The notes beneath the pieces are model-generated. The model did not search any database. It had not been told where the DNA came from and was given only the letters and a program-made list of their open reading frames with translations. A program made the position numbers and the translations under genes. This document shows, one piece after another, positions 52,833-64,000 of a stretch of 64,000 nt of DNA (position 1 is its first letter; every line of letters starts with the position of its first letter). Origin of the DNA: Octopus vulgaris (lineage: Eukaryota); contig OX597820.1 in assembly GCA_951406725.2 (NCBI GenBank), positions 100,874,001 to 100,938,000 on the forward strand. Direction: 5' to 3'.

Positions 52833-53566
52833 TGAGGTAAAATTTGGTCATTTTTATACTAGTATTAGCACCACCTCACAAACTATTAAAAGAAACAAAT
52901 AAAGGCAAAAATAATAAATAAACAAATAAATGAACACATAAATAAATAACTTAACAAACAAATATATAAATAAATAAATAATATAAAAAATAACCTGACC
53001 CAGAACAGTAGCAAAATAAAATATCTAATGACTGAAGCTGATCTCTTATTTTCTTCTTTTTATCTGTTTTTGTATTTTCTATTTTTTATAATTATTTTGT
53101 TTTTATATGCTCTGTCAACATTTATAAAAATTAATCACAAAAGACATGGATTAAACAGCAGTGGCAGTACCTCCATCCTCCAATCTTTCTCATCCTCAAC
53201 ATCATCACCATCATCATTGTTATCGTAATCATCATCATCATCATCATCGTCATCATTATCATCATCTCAGTAATCACTGTCTACGATATTTTTTTGTGTT
53301 TTGTTAGTTAATTTTTTCATGTAAATATCAACAATTCTGCTGCAAAGTAATAGCAGACATTTAAAACTGTGTCATTATCAACCTCATCATCATCACCATC
53401 ACCACCACCACCACCACCATCATCAATATCATTATCATCACCTACATATGTGTGTGTGTGTGTGTACAGGTGCAGTTGTGGCTGTGTGGTAAGAAGCTTG
53501 CCTCAGGTCTCAAGCAGTCAAAGCCTTGTGAGTGGATTTTGTAGACAGAAACTGAAAGACGCCCAT

Positions 53567-53608
<42 letters not shown>

Positions 53609-53618
53609 TATAAATTAT

Positions 53619-53663
<45 letters not shown>

Positions 53664-53798
53664 TACAGCTGCTGAAGGGGAATATTCCTTGTATTGTTTG
53701 TCTTGTACTCTCTTTTTTGGTTGTTAAAATAGTCCGTTTCCTTGTTTGTTTTTATGTTTTCGTTTCTCGTGTTCTACGTTTATTTGTGGTGTCCTGTA

Positions 53799-53846
<48 letters not shown>

Positions 53847-54074
53847 TGTATATATACATATAGATGTAGCTATGTGCATATATGTATGAACGTATGCATA
53901 TGTTTTATTTGTTAAATTGTTATTATATATATATATATAGAGAGAGAGAAAATAGTAAAAAGTGAAAAAACTACAGAAGGCTTGTTTTAGAAGGTTAAAA
54001 AATATATATTTGAGTCAATATGTCTGAAGGATGTTATAAATTTTTTTCCTACAATGACAGTTTTTGATGAAATG

Positions 54075-55031
54075 ACCAGTTTAAAATAGAAACAGACATT
54101 TTTTACAAAGCCACAGACGCCAAACAATACCTTCTTTTTGATTCATGCCACTCAAGACACACTAAAACAAACATCCCCTTCAACCTTGCAAGAAGGATAT
54201 GCACAATAGTGTCAGAACAAAATACCAGGATCTTTAGACTGCAAGAACTCAAAAACACCCTAATTGACAGACATTACCCAGCTCAACTCATAGAGGATGG
54301 GATCAGACGTGCAACAGAAATCAACATAGAAACTTTGAAAAAAGTTCAACACAACAACACACCTTACCCGAAAATACTACCTTACATATCCACATACAAC
54401 CCCAGAAACAAAGAAGCCTTCACCATCATCACCCAGAATTTACCAATACTTCATAAGGACCCCAAATTAAAGGAAATTCTAAACATACACCAAATCATTA
54501 AAAGCTACAAACAACCTAAATCACTTAAAAAGATTCTCACAAAGGCAAAATTGTTTTCTGAAATTACGGATGCAAAAGTAAAAAAAATGTGGTAGACCGA
54601 ACTGTGCAACATGTCCAAACCTGCAAGAAGGATCAAAATTCCTCTTCAAAGAGGGACAGAAATTCAAGATCAAATCTAATTTTACTTGTGCCTCTGAAAA
54701 CATAATTTATGTCATAAAATGCTCGGGCTGCCACCAAGACTACGTGGGGTCCATGGGACTATCACTCAGATGTAGATGCACACCGCATCGACAACAGATT
54801 GCATTCCCAGAATATAGAATGATACCCTTTAGTGAGCACATTGAGAAATGCGCAAAGCAACAACTACCACAATTTTTAATCTTTCCATTTTACCAATGTG
54901 CAATCGGAACACCAACACAAATTAGACTAAACAAGGAAACATTCTTTATTGAAAAATACAAGCCCAAACTTAACCATTCCAACATACTTACACAGAGAAA
55001 TTCACTCCAAAAGAAAGGCAAGAAATTTTAA
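54075..55031 (+). pseudogene. Penelope RT thumb, Cys-linker and GIY-YIG endonuclease, frameshifted
   Basis: IETDIFYKATDAKQYLLFDSCHSRHTK...CGRPNCATC...FTCASENIIYVIKCSGCHQDYVG...FSEHIEKC; frameshift in A-run at ~54585. Confidence 0.9.
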
Positions 55032-55140
55032 GCGATTATCTCCCTTACACCAGAAGAAATCACTTATTACCTCCCCTTATCTGGAACTCTTCTTAACATA
55101 AACATAACGATAACTCTTCTCAACGTAAACATAACGATGT

Positions 55141-55180
55141 AAGAAATTTGAAAAGCTGAACGCGAAACTGGTCATTTCTT
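55141..55180 (+). ncRNA. Decayed hammerhead in Penelope pLTR
   Basis: aagaaat TTGAAAA gctgaacgc GAAA ctgg TC atttctt; stem I intact, two core substitutions. Confidence 0.6.
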
Positions 55181-55341
55181 CAAAAACTATGTCATTGTAG
55201 GAAAAAAATTTATAACATCCTTCAGACATATTGACTCAAATATATATTTTTTAACCTTCTAAAACAAGCCTTCTGTAGTTTTTTCACTTTTTACTATTTT
55301 CTATATATTCAACCACGTGCTTTCACATACCAACTTTCTCA

Positions 55342-55378
<37 letters not shown>

Positions 55379-56066
55379 ATAATATATTCTGTTAAGAATG
55401 TAATAGAGCACAGTATTAATCTTGACCACCTTCAGATTTACCCTGTGCTATCCCACAATCTGACTTTTTTCCTCATAACTTTTAGGAAGATTGGTATCTT
55501 TTAATGAAAATTTATACAAATCCCTTTCAAACAGCATAGATTACGATTATGAAGAAATTTGTTGAGAAATTTTTTTCGGGCGTTTTCCCCATTTTTTTAA
55601 AGCTGCAGCCTTCGAAATGATGGGACTGGGTGGGGTGGGGTGGGGGTCATCTTTGTATGAAAAAATTTTTGAAAACTTCTTTTTACAACCCCCTCCCTCA
55701 TCTTCCCACTCCAGACCTATTTTGGCCAATATTTTTTGCACTTCAAACCATGGGAAAAGCATTTTCGGTAAAAAAATTTTTTCAATTGTTAATATCTTCA
55801 GAGGGAAAAGTGAGGGCGATTTGGCTGTTTTTTCTAGCACATCCAAAGACAACCCTCCTTGTTTCTTTATCACTTTCGCATGAATTGATGTTTTTCAATA
55901 ATTTCCCCATAAATACATTTATATGCTTTAAAAATGGAAAATTTGAGAAATCAGGAATTTTTTTTGCGACCCCACTCCCTGTCCCCGATTGTTTCTGTTT
56001 AGAAATTAAAATATTGAAGAGCCTGAGAAGGTCATTGCTGGCATTTATCCACAGTGATTTTTAAAA

Positions 56067-56512
56067 ATTACGGAGATGTACTTGCATAGCAAGTGACTTG
56101 ATCTGAGATCGTGTGCTGAAAGAAAAACAATTGCAGCATGGAAGAAGTTTGTAAGCCATTCAAGAAAACTCAAAAACTGTTAGTTTCATGGCACTATTTA
56201 AATACAGATATCCTGATGCATCTATGTAATGATATGAAAGGGGTAGTTAGTTTTTAGGGTTAGTTTTAGGGTTAGTTAGGGTTAGGGTTAGGGCTAGGGT
56301 GTCATTACACGTCCACACAGTGTACATTTAAAATGTTTTGTACGTAACACCTGTATTTAAGTAGTATCGTTAAGGGACCTCAGTATTTAAGTATTACCAG
56401 TTTCAGCATTAAAATTTCATTTGTGTCAAAATATTTTCGTCGCTTTGAAACTATGACCTGTTCACGAACAAGACTGCACAAAAGTGATGCAGCACTAAGT
56501 TTTGTCAGTGAG
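56067..56512. repeat. Unclassified interspersed repeat (second copy at 60327-60565)
   Basis: ttacggagatgtacttgc...gatctgagatcgtgtgctgaaa shared. Confidence 0.8.
56189..56399. mobile_element. MITE with internal TTAGGG repeats and 6 bp TSD
   Basis: gtttca on both sides; imperfect TIR tggcactatttaaatac / gtatttaagtattacca; absent from 60327 paralog. Confidence 0.75.
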
Positions 56513-56531
56513 TATACACACACACACACAC

Positions 56532-56571
<40 letters not shown>

Positions 56572-57208
56572 ACACACACACACACTCACTCATTCATTGT
56601 CTTTCATTTGTGTGTATGTGTGCTAGTGTGTATAGGTGTGTGCATGTGTCACTGTTGAAGTCGCTCATGCAACTTGTTTAGTGGTATAGAACATTTGGAA
56701 ACTGTGAATAAGGTGCAAGTTTTGAGTACTTGTTGGTAACTTTTTTTTCTCCTCGCCTTCTAATAGTAATTATCCAACTTTCTAGGCTTTTCTCACACCT
56801 ATCCTGTGTTCAAAAATTATACGGGTATTTTGAAAAAATTTCAATCGATAGATAATGTTGTTGCATTGCGTATACATTAATAAAATAAACTGTCAGGTTT
56901 CCAAATAGTGAATTAAAACTTAAAAGACAAAGTGAGGGACATTGTAAATGAAAATGGAATCTTACGCAGTGGATGCAATGAATATTTAAATCTGTGATGA
57001 ATTGGACGCAGTGAATGAAATGAATATTTAAATTTGCGAGAAAGTGGTGTTTAAAAAATTCAATAAACTTCAGAAATTGAAATTATAGGAAATTTCTTAG
57101 AACATGAAGTTATAAAAATATTTCCAGTCAACCCTTTAATAATTGCTTTCTTTTAGTTCTTTTAGTAATTCTTACATACCTAATTAATAAGCAGCTTTCT
57201 CCATTACA

Positions 57209-57244
<36 letters not shown>

Positions 57245-57245
57245 A

Positions 57246-58430
57246 CAAGGGGTGGACAAAATAATGGAAACACCTTAAAATTTAACAAATTTTTTTAAAT
57301 ATTGGGTAGGATAGCCTTTGGCAGTAATTACATCTTGAATTCTATGAGGTATAGACTCGTACAAAGTTTGAATTGTTTCCAAAGGAATTTTTCTCCATTC
57401 TTCAGCTAAAACAGTGTCCAATTCTTGTAGTGATGATAGAGGAGGATTTTGACTCCTTGCTTGTTTTTCTGAAATGCACCATAAATGTTCAATAATATTG
57501 AGATCTGGAGACTGTGGTGGCCAGATAGGATGTTCAACTTCACTAGAATGTTCCTCGTGCCATTCAGTAACAACTTTAGCTGTGTAAATTGGTGCATTGT
57601 CATCCTGAAAGATTGTGTTTCACTCCAGAAATAGTTCTGCAAGCATAGGATGAATTTGATCAGATAAAATACTTAAATAGTTTTGACTATTAATTCTGCA
57701 TTGAACGGAAACTGTTGAGCCGGCAGATTTCCAAGATAGAGTCCCCAAGATTATCACAGATCCTCCTCCATGTTTAACAGTTGGAAGAAGGCAGTCTGGG
57801 TCAAATGCTTCTTTTGGCTATCTCCTCACGTATACTTGGCTGGTGGTCGGAAATAAGGTAAAGGATGACTCATTCGAGAAAATAACATTCTTCCACTGCT
57901 CTAGGAACCAATTCTATAGGTTTTTACTCCACTCTAAATGCTTTGCAACGTTTCTTTTTGAAAGTAATGGTTTTCTGATTGCAGCCCTCCCATGAAATCC
58001 GGCTTTGTGAAGCTGCCGGTGAACAGTTTTTGTGGAAACTGGGTTCTCAAGGTGGCCATTAAGCTCTGCAGTAATTTTGGGATCCTTTCTAACAATTCAC
58101 ATGCGTCCGATGTTCCATATCTGCAAGTTTTGGTTTTCTTCCGGAGTTTTGTTTCGATGAGGAGGTTTTTCCCTCTTTCTCAAAAAGTATGTCATTACTT
58201 TCAATCAGTACTTCTTGATACTCCAAACATTTCGGCTGTTTTCATTATGCTAGTGTTTGCAATACCAGCACTAACAATTTGACCTCTTTGAAAGTCCGAT
58301 AGATCTGTCATTTTAATGAATTTTAATTACCTTTTTTCTGATGATATCTGAAAAGAAACAGCAATTTTAACAAAATATATTAAGCAACACTAATAATAAA
58401 TAAAAAAACATAAAAATAGACAAGCTTTTG
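57246..58430 (-). mobile_element. Tc1 (DD34E) transposon relic, near full-length transposase from 58311
   Basis: MTDLSDFQRGQIV...VIFSNESSF...FQDDNAPIYTA...WPPQSPDLNIIEHLW; one TIR after TA. Confidence 0.9.
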
Positions 58431-58639
58431 TAAAAGATTATTTGTTTCAAACACGATATTGAGATTTTATGGATTTTATCACGATTCTAGGTAATTTGAC
58501 ACCAGGGAAATGTCACTAACCCACAACGCCACTCCCTTTTGAAAACACAAAGATCGCATTTAGGGTTCAAACTCATTCACTTTTTGTAAACATGGTAATG
58601 CTTGCGAATGCATCTTTATGAAAAGCATGATGCACATGC

Positions 58640-58865
58640 AAAACGTTGACTCATTGGGTATAAAAGGCACCCAAATTTACCAACCTGTCATTCATTCCCC
58701 GAACATAGCAAGCATGCTATGACTGACATGAAATCAGAGGGAGCAAGCCATTGGACATCTCCAATGCTGGTCTACGTCCATGAGACAATTGAGCAGCTGA
58801 AATAATGATACAATGCCACAAACAGCACGGATGATTGCCCATGTGGTGGCCAACAGAGAACAGTC
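58640..58865 (+). mobile_element. Second Tc1-like 5' fragment
   Basis: tataaaagg followed by decayed HTH-like coding ending YNATNSTDDCPCGGQQRT. Confidence 0.5.
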
Positions 58866-59080
58866 ACTATATTCTCTTCCATATCAGCTAACTCTGATGA
58901 GCATAAAGTTATATAATCAGATTGTTACCTAACACTCCATTGTATTCTTTACACGAAACCAATAGGTTAGATCAGCCATGATGGATATTTAATACTATTG
59001 ATTTCAGATAATATACCCACTCTACTGACAGATATACAAGTGCATCTTTTCCCTGACTTAGGTCTCTTAGATGGCTCACG

Positions 59081-59168
<88 letters not shown>

Positions 59169-59192
59169 ACTGTATTGACAATCCTACTGGAT

Positions 59193-59991
59193 TACTATTT
59201 CTAAATCTCACAATGTGAGATATTCAGTAACAGTATTTTGTAGTAAAGATTGTTTCCAACATAACATGGCAGTCTTGGTTTAGGACTAATGTTGCCGTAA
59301 TTTATCCCTGGGGAGACATCATCTCCAGCTGGCTATACGACACACTCTGTGTTCTTATATTTTCGAACAAGGGAATCTAGCACCTCCACTCAGCTCAAAA
59401 CAATATCTGTGTATCGCAATTTCTGGGTTATTTCCCTTCATCAGCACAGAATAATTGTTCAGCTAGAGTTGGTGCCACAAAATTCCCGTTCAAAATATAT
59501 AGTTTTCAAAGTGACAACTAGTCACTGATTTATGAATTAGAAAATTGCTATTTCTAAATCTCACAACGTGAAATTATTAAGCAACAGTACTTTGTAGTTA
59601 AGCACCTGACTGGCCCTCATGCCAGTGGCACATAAAAGCACCCACTACACTCTCGGGATGGTTGGCATTAGGAAAGGCATCCAGCTGTAGAAAATCTGCC
59701 AGATTAGATTGGAGCCTGGTGCAGCCATCTGGTTCACCAGTCCTCAGTCAAATTGTCCAACCCATGCTAGTGTGGAAAGCAGACGTTAAACGATGATGAT
59801 GAGGATGATGATGATAATTGTTTGCCAACATAATATGGCAGTCCTGGTTTAGGACTAATGCTAGTAGATTCCCTTCTTCGAAAATATAAGGACACAGATC
59901 GTTTTGTATAGCCAGCTAGAGACGATGTCTCCTGGGGCTAAATTACAGCAACATTAGTCCTAAACCAGAACTGCCATGTTATGTTGGCAAG
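59193..59991 (-). mobile_element. ~353 bp hammerhead-bearing monomer with partial tandem, 5' inversion and 14 bp TSD; RTE tail inserted at 59604-59815
   Basis: ctatttctaaatctcacaa at 59195 and 59548; ~59864-59996 inverts ~59249-59380; caatcc(t/c)actggat at 59179 and 59992. Confidence 0.8.
59406..59450 (-). ncRNA. Minimal type I hammerhead ribozyme
   Basis: tctgtg CTGATGA a ggg aaataa ccc a GAAA ttgcga TA cacaga. Confidence 0.8.
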
Positions 59992-60171
59992 CAATCCCAC
60001 TGGATGTTGTTATATGTTGCTAATTACAATGTGCTTCTACACGTTGTAGTTTTTGAATGAAGCCACCTCACTGGTTGGGTAAGCAGGCCAACATTCCCAA
60101 TTCATTACCCATTTATGGCTGACTGAACTCAGATCCTCCAACTCTCTGTTTCTGTGTCTGTCTCTCTCCCT

Positions 60172-60246
<75 letters not shown>

Positions 60247-60623
60247 TACATCAACAACATTCTTGTATAAGAATAATAAATTTGTACTCGAGAAAAATAT
60301 AGAGTAACCCATCAGATTAATGTAAAATTACGGAGATGTACTTGCCATAGCAAGTGATTTGATCTGAGATCGTGTGCTGAAACGAAAACAATTGCAGCAT
60401 GGAAGGTGTTGTAAGCCATTTAAGAAACACACAAAAGCCGTTCGATTCACTTCAACATTTAAGTTTAATATGTCAAAATATTTTCGTCGCTTTAAGACCG
60501 CTACCTGTTCACTGACAAAAATCTGTGCTGCATCTCGGAATGTAAAATTGTTTTTATTATAACTGAAATACACACACACACACACACATATATATTTAGA
60601 TATATATAAATTATATCTATCTA

Positions 60624-60660
<37 letters not shown>

Positions 60661-61016
60661 CCCTCAACTTTCTTTATGGAGAGTGTTTTGGAAATGCTTA
60701 TAAAAGCTCCAATTTCATTATGCCAGCTACAGCCTAACGAGGCCAACTGGCAATACTAGTTTTTCGGGTCACTCTGAGCTGTGCTTATATAATGTAGGAT
60801 AAATATAGCAATAAGGATAATAATAACCCGTGGATGGAATTTATAAATATACTTTAATGCACGTTTCCACAATTTATGCTCCTTAAGATCATAGTTCGTA
60901 TTCCTGGGAGGATTATAAAGTACAGGCTGTAATATCCATGGAGATTGGATAGATCATATTCTTGCATTTGCACACATAATGATGCATTAAAATATTTATA
61001 AATTCCATTCAAAGAT

Positions 61017-61275
61017 TATCATTATTATTATTACTATTTTATGTTTGACTTTTGCTTTACACTTGTACAAGTTGGCTCCAAGTCTCACCCAGAGACATCA
61101 TGAGACAACAAGTTGGAAAATCATGCTGGTGTTATGCCTAGGGTGCCATTTATTTGGTTTTGTACATAGTGTTGTTCTAGAGAATGTTTAAGAAACAATA
61201 AGAAAACTGTATGTTTGTTTTAAAACTTGAGATTACATAGAAAGTATTTTGTGTAGGATATGAGCAGTTCCCCTG
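61017..61275 (-). mobile_element. R4/Dong-like non-LTR retrotransposon 3' end in (TAA)n
   Basis: Minus strand [12 protein letters not shown] then ~200 nt UTR and (TAA)n. Confidence 0.7.
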
Positions 61276-61309
61276 AGCACTATCTTTTGAATTTTTGCCA
61301 TTTTGGGTG

Positions 61310-61565
61310 AACGGATGGATGGATGGATGGATGAATGGATGGATGGTCGGATGGTTGGATGGATGGATGGATGAATGGTTGGGTGGATGGATGGATGAAT
61401 GGATGGATGAATTGATGGATGGATGGATGGATGGATGGGTGAATGGATGGTTGTATGAATGGATGGACGGATGGGTGGATGGATGGTTGGATGGATGAAT
61501 GGTTGGATGGATGGATGGATGGATGGATGGATGGATGGGTAGATTATGTTTGGATGGATGGATGA
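61310..61565. repeat. (GGAT)n microsatellite
   Basis: Direct reading. Confidence 0.95.
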
Positions 61566-62677
61566 AATAAATGCATAAGTGCTCCAACATTTAAAATTTA
61601 GATATTAGGGTTATGCGTTCAATAACTATACTAACATAGAACAAGTATATGATTCAAAAGCTTTGGATGAGAAGCTCAGAGTATCCGAATATTTACAATA
61701 TTGCATAATTACAACATTACATATTTGATTACATAAACAATGCCAGTCCAGCTTTTTCCATCCAAAAGTAATTTGGAAAACAATCTTGAATAAGAGAAAA
61801 CATTTGAAAATACCAGTCAAACCACATCTGTTTTACAGTTATACTTATAATTACAGTTTTGCACTGATGTTCTGTTTGTTTATTTTTTACCTTATATTCT
61901 TGTTACTTTGTTAGTTGATTAATATTTTTAAGGGACTTCTGTATCATGGGTCCCTGAGGCTGTTTAAACTAACAAATGAACAACTGGTCAAAACTTATTT
62001 ACCTATTACTAAAAAATGAAAACAGGGAGCAAAACTGCTAAAGAAAAACCTGACGAAAATATTTCAAAAATAAACAAAAACACAAAAGATGAATTAATTT
62101 ACATTTTTATATTTGTTATAAATACTGTATGAGAATGAATTTCAGGAAAAATAATGATCTCGGGCAAATTTCTTGCTTGGTTGTCAAACTCAATCTGATT
62201 AGCTGATAATAGCAATTAGTGAAATACATTCAATGCTTGCTTGATGGCACACATAAAAATAAATTATTTGTATTTAGCTAAGAGGGTCCATGATTAATTA
62301 TCAATTATTTGTTCAAGCTATGAAAATCCTCTGCTTGTCTTTTTACTGTTTATAATTTCATGTTTTATTTTGTTTTGTTTTTTTTAATGTACTACTTTGG
62401 TTACAAACATGCAAATATGACCTGTGTGGTTGAGAAACTTGCTTGCCAACTATGCCTTGGGGTTCAGTCCCACTACACAATAGCTTGGGTGAGTATTTAA
62501 AACATCATTTAGAAATGTCTGCCACGTTTCAGTATTGTTTCTCATTTTATCATTCTTGCCTTGTCCTTTCTCACCAAAGGCATCCTTGCAGAGATGTTAT
62601 TTGCTTTCTATCATAGGCTTAGGTTGATCAAAGCCTTGTGGGTGGATATTGTTGATAGAAACAGCGAGAAGCCTATT

Positions 62678-62960
62678 GTACTTACTTACTTGTACTTGTG
62701 ACGGCATTCACCCAGGGCAGGTTGAGCCAGCTTCTTCTCTGGTCCTGACGGCATCATGAACCATGGCGGCCCACGCCCGATGGTCATGTGCGAGGTCACT
62801 GGAGATAGCGAGCCATTCGCGGTTCCATCTGCGCAGACCAACCACCTGCAGACCTGGGAGTTCGGAGAGGTCCTCCTTTATCGTCGCTGCCCAGGTCTTC
62901 AGCTGCCCACCCATGCATTTGTGCCAACCCCTCCTCAAAGTAGTAGGGTGATGTAAATGG
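62678..62960 (-). mobile_element. RTE-clade LINE 3' end (distinct family)
   Basis: GGQLKTWAATIKEDL...RRWNREWLAISSDLAHDHRAWAAMVHD; short (CAAGTA)/(TAAG) tail. Confidence 0.75.
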
Positions 62961-63628
62961 GCAGTGTCAGAGCCATGCCATCAGGAACTTCGGTTCCTGG
63001 TAGGGCCACTCAAGGCGGATTGGTCTGGCACTGAGCAGTATTAGGACCACAGCCTGGCCAACTAATCCCCTATAGAACTTCATAGTCAAACTTCCACCAT
63101 CTGCATTGCCCACCTGTAGAGAGCTGTAAGTGCTTTCTGATACTCCAGGTGCCGAGCACCCTTTCTTGGTCTATGTTTGCTCCAGGACTGTAGCTCCATC
63201 AATGAGATGAGCTGCGGAAAATCCTGTGTGACAAACGGTGACCACTCCTACTTACTGTTAAGTAAGCACTGGAGATGTTGTAGCCGCAGCACACTTAACA
63301 CTGTAACGATGTTCTCATCTCTTAATGTCACTGACCAAACAACTAACAAGAGGTGAACTATTCAAACCCCAAAGAATCCCTCTCAACACATGGCTATGAT
63401 GCTCCCCCACTACTTCTGCTTGTGATCAGAGATGCACATATCGTCAGCCACTAAGGGACATGCTCAACTGGTTAAGGTCAAACAACTGACAAGCAAATCT
63501 GTGGTATTGAGCAGAATATTTGCTGTAGCCCATCTTTTATACCAAGACAAAACAATGTACATGATAACACTTCTAATCAGTTAAGATCAGAAGCCATGAG
63601 AGCCACTGCCTGGTACTGCATCAGGGCA

Positions 63629-63629
<1 letters not shown>

Positions 63630-63662
<33 letters not shown>

Positions 63663-63790
63663 GTTGTTGTTGTTGTTGTTGTTCTTCTTCTTCTTCTTCT
63701 TCTTCTTCTTCTTCTTCTTCTTCTTCTTCTTCTTCTTCTTCTTCTTCTTGCTGCTGCTGCTGCTGCTGCTGCTGTTGTTGATGTAGTTGA

Positions 63791-63833
<43 letters not shown>

Positions 63834-63848
63834 ATTATTATTATTATT
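63630..63848. repeat. Compound trinucleotide microsatellite (TTA/TTG/TTC/CTG)
   Basis: Direct reading. Confidence 0.95.
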
Positions 63849-64000
63849 TAAGGCAGCAAGCTTGCTGAATCATTAACATGGGCAAAATGCTTAGTGACAT
63901 TTCATCTGTCTTCATGTTCTGAGTTCAAATTCCGCCAAAATCAACATTGCCTTTCATCCTCTCAGGGTCAATAAATTAAGGATCAGTAAAACACTGGGTC
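63849..64000 (+). mobile_element. SINE family B, runs off window end
   Basis: gagttcaaattccgcc...gcctttcatcct. Confidence 0.8.

Larger units (their letters stand above)
53948..55343 (+). mobile_element. 5'-truncated Penelope-like element with inverted pLTR piece
   Basis: 53948-54082 inverts ~55165-55301; coding relic inside; (TA)n-type flanks. Confidence 0.92.

Noticed and set aside
55547-56064. Overlapping ORFs of 88-144 aa
   Set aside because: F/K-rich reads of an AT-rich, probably repeat-derived segment with no recognisable domain
56245-56300. Telomere or fusion site
   Set aside because: Short, degenerate and contained in a TSD-flanked MITE
60731-60765. cCTAACGA ggccaactggc AATA ctag, hammerhead-like; nearby inverted repeat 60835-61007
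   Set aside because: Three core mismatches and no stem I; at most a decayed relic

Overview
AT-rich, microsatellite-dense animal genomic DNA with no recognisable host gene; nearly all listed ORFs are translated simple repeats or antisense reads of transposons. The repeat repertoire resembles a coleoid cephalopod, probably Octopus (inference from repeat recognition, not a search). The window is a nested patchwork of tRNA-derived SINEs, RTE, CR1 and R4/Dong LINE fragments, Tc1/mariner relics, pogo, piggyBac and hAT-like MITEs, Helitron and Helentron derivatives, a Gypsy gag relic and Penelope-like elements (PLEs). The most notable signal is a set of minimal type-I hammerhead ribozymes with palindromic stem III: near-intact at 12819-12895 (-), 20550-20595 (+), 42438-42472 (+) and 59406-59450 (-), plus decayed copies. 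Three lie in ORF-less ~340-505 bp monomers whose ends wrap into a direct repeat and which carry an inverted duplicate at the 5' end; two of those have 12-14 bp TSDs. They look like non-autonomous, PLE-mobilised, retrozyme-like elements, and a Penelope RT/GIY-YIG relic with the same architecture lies at 53948-55343. Coordinates were read by eye; edges of decayed elements are approximate.
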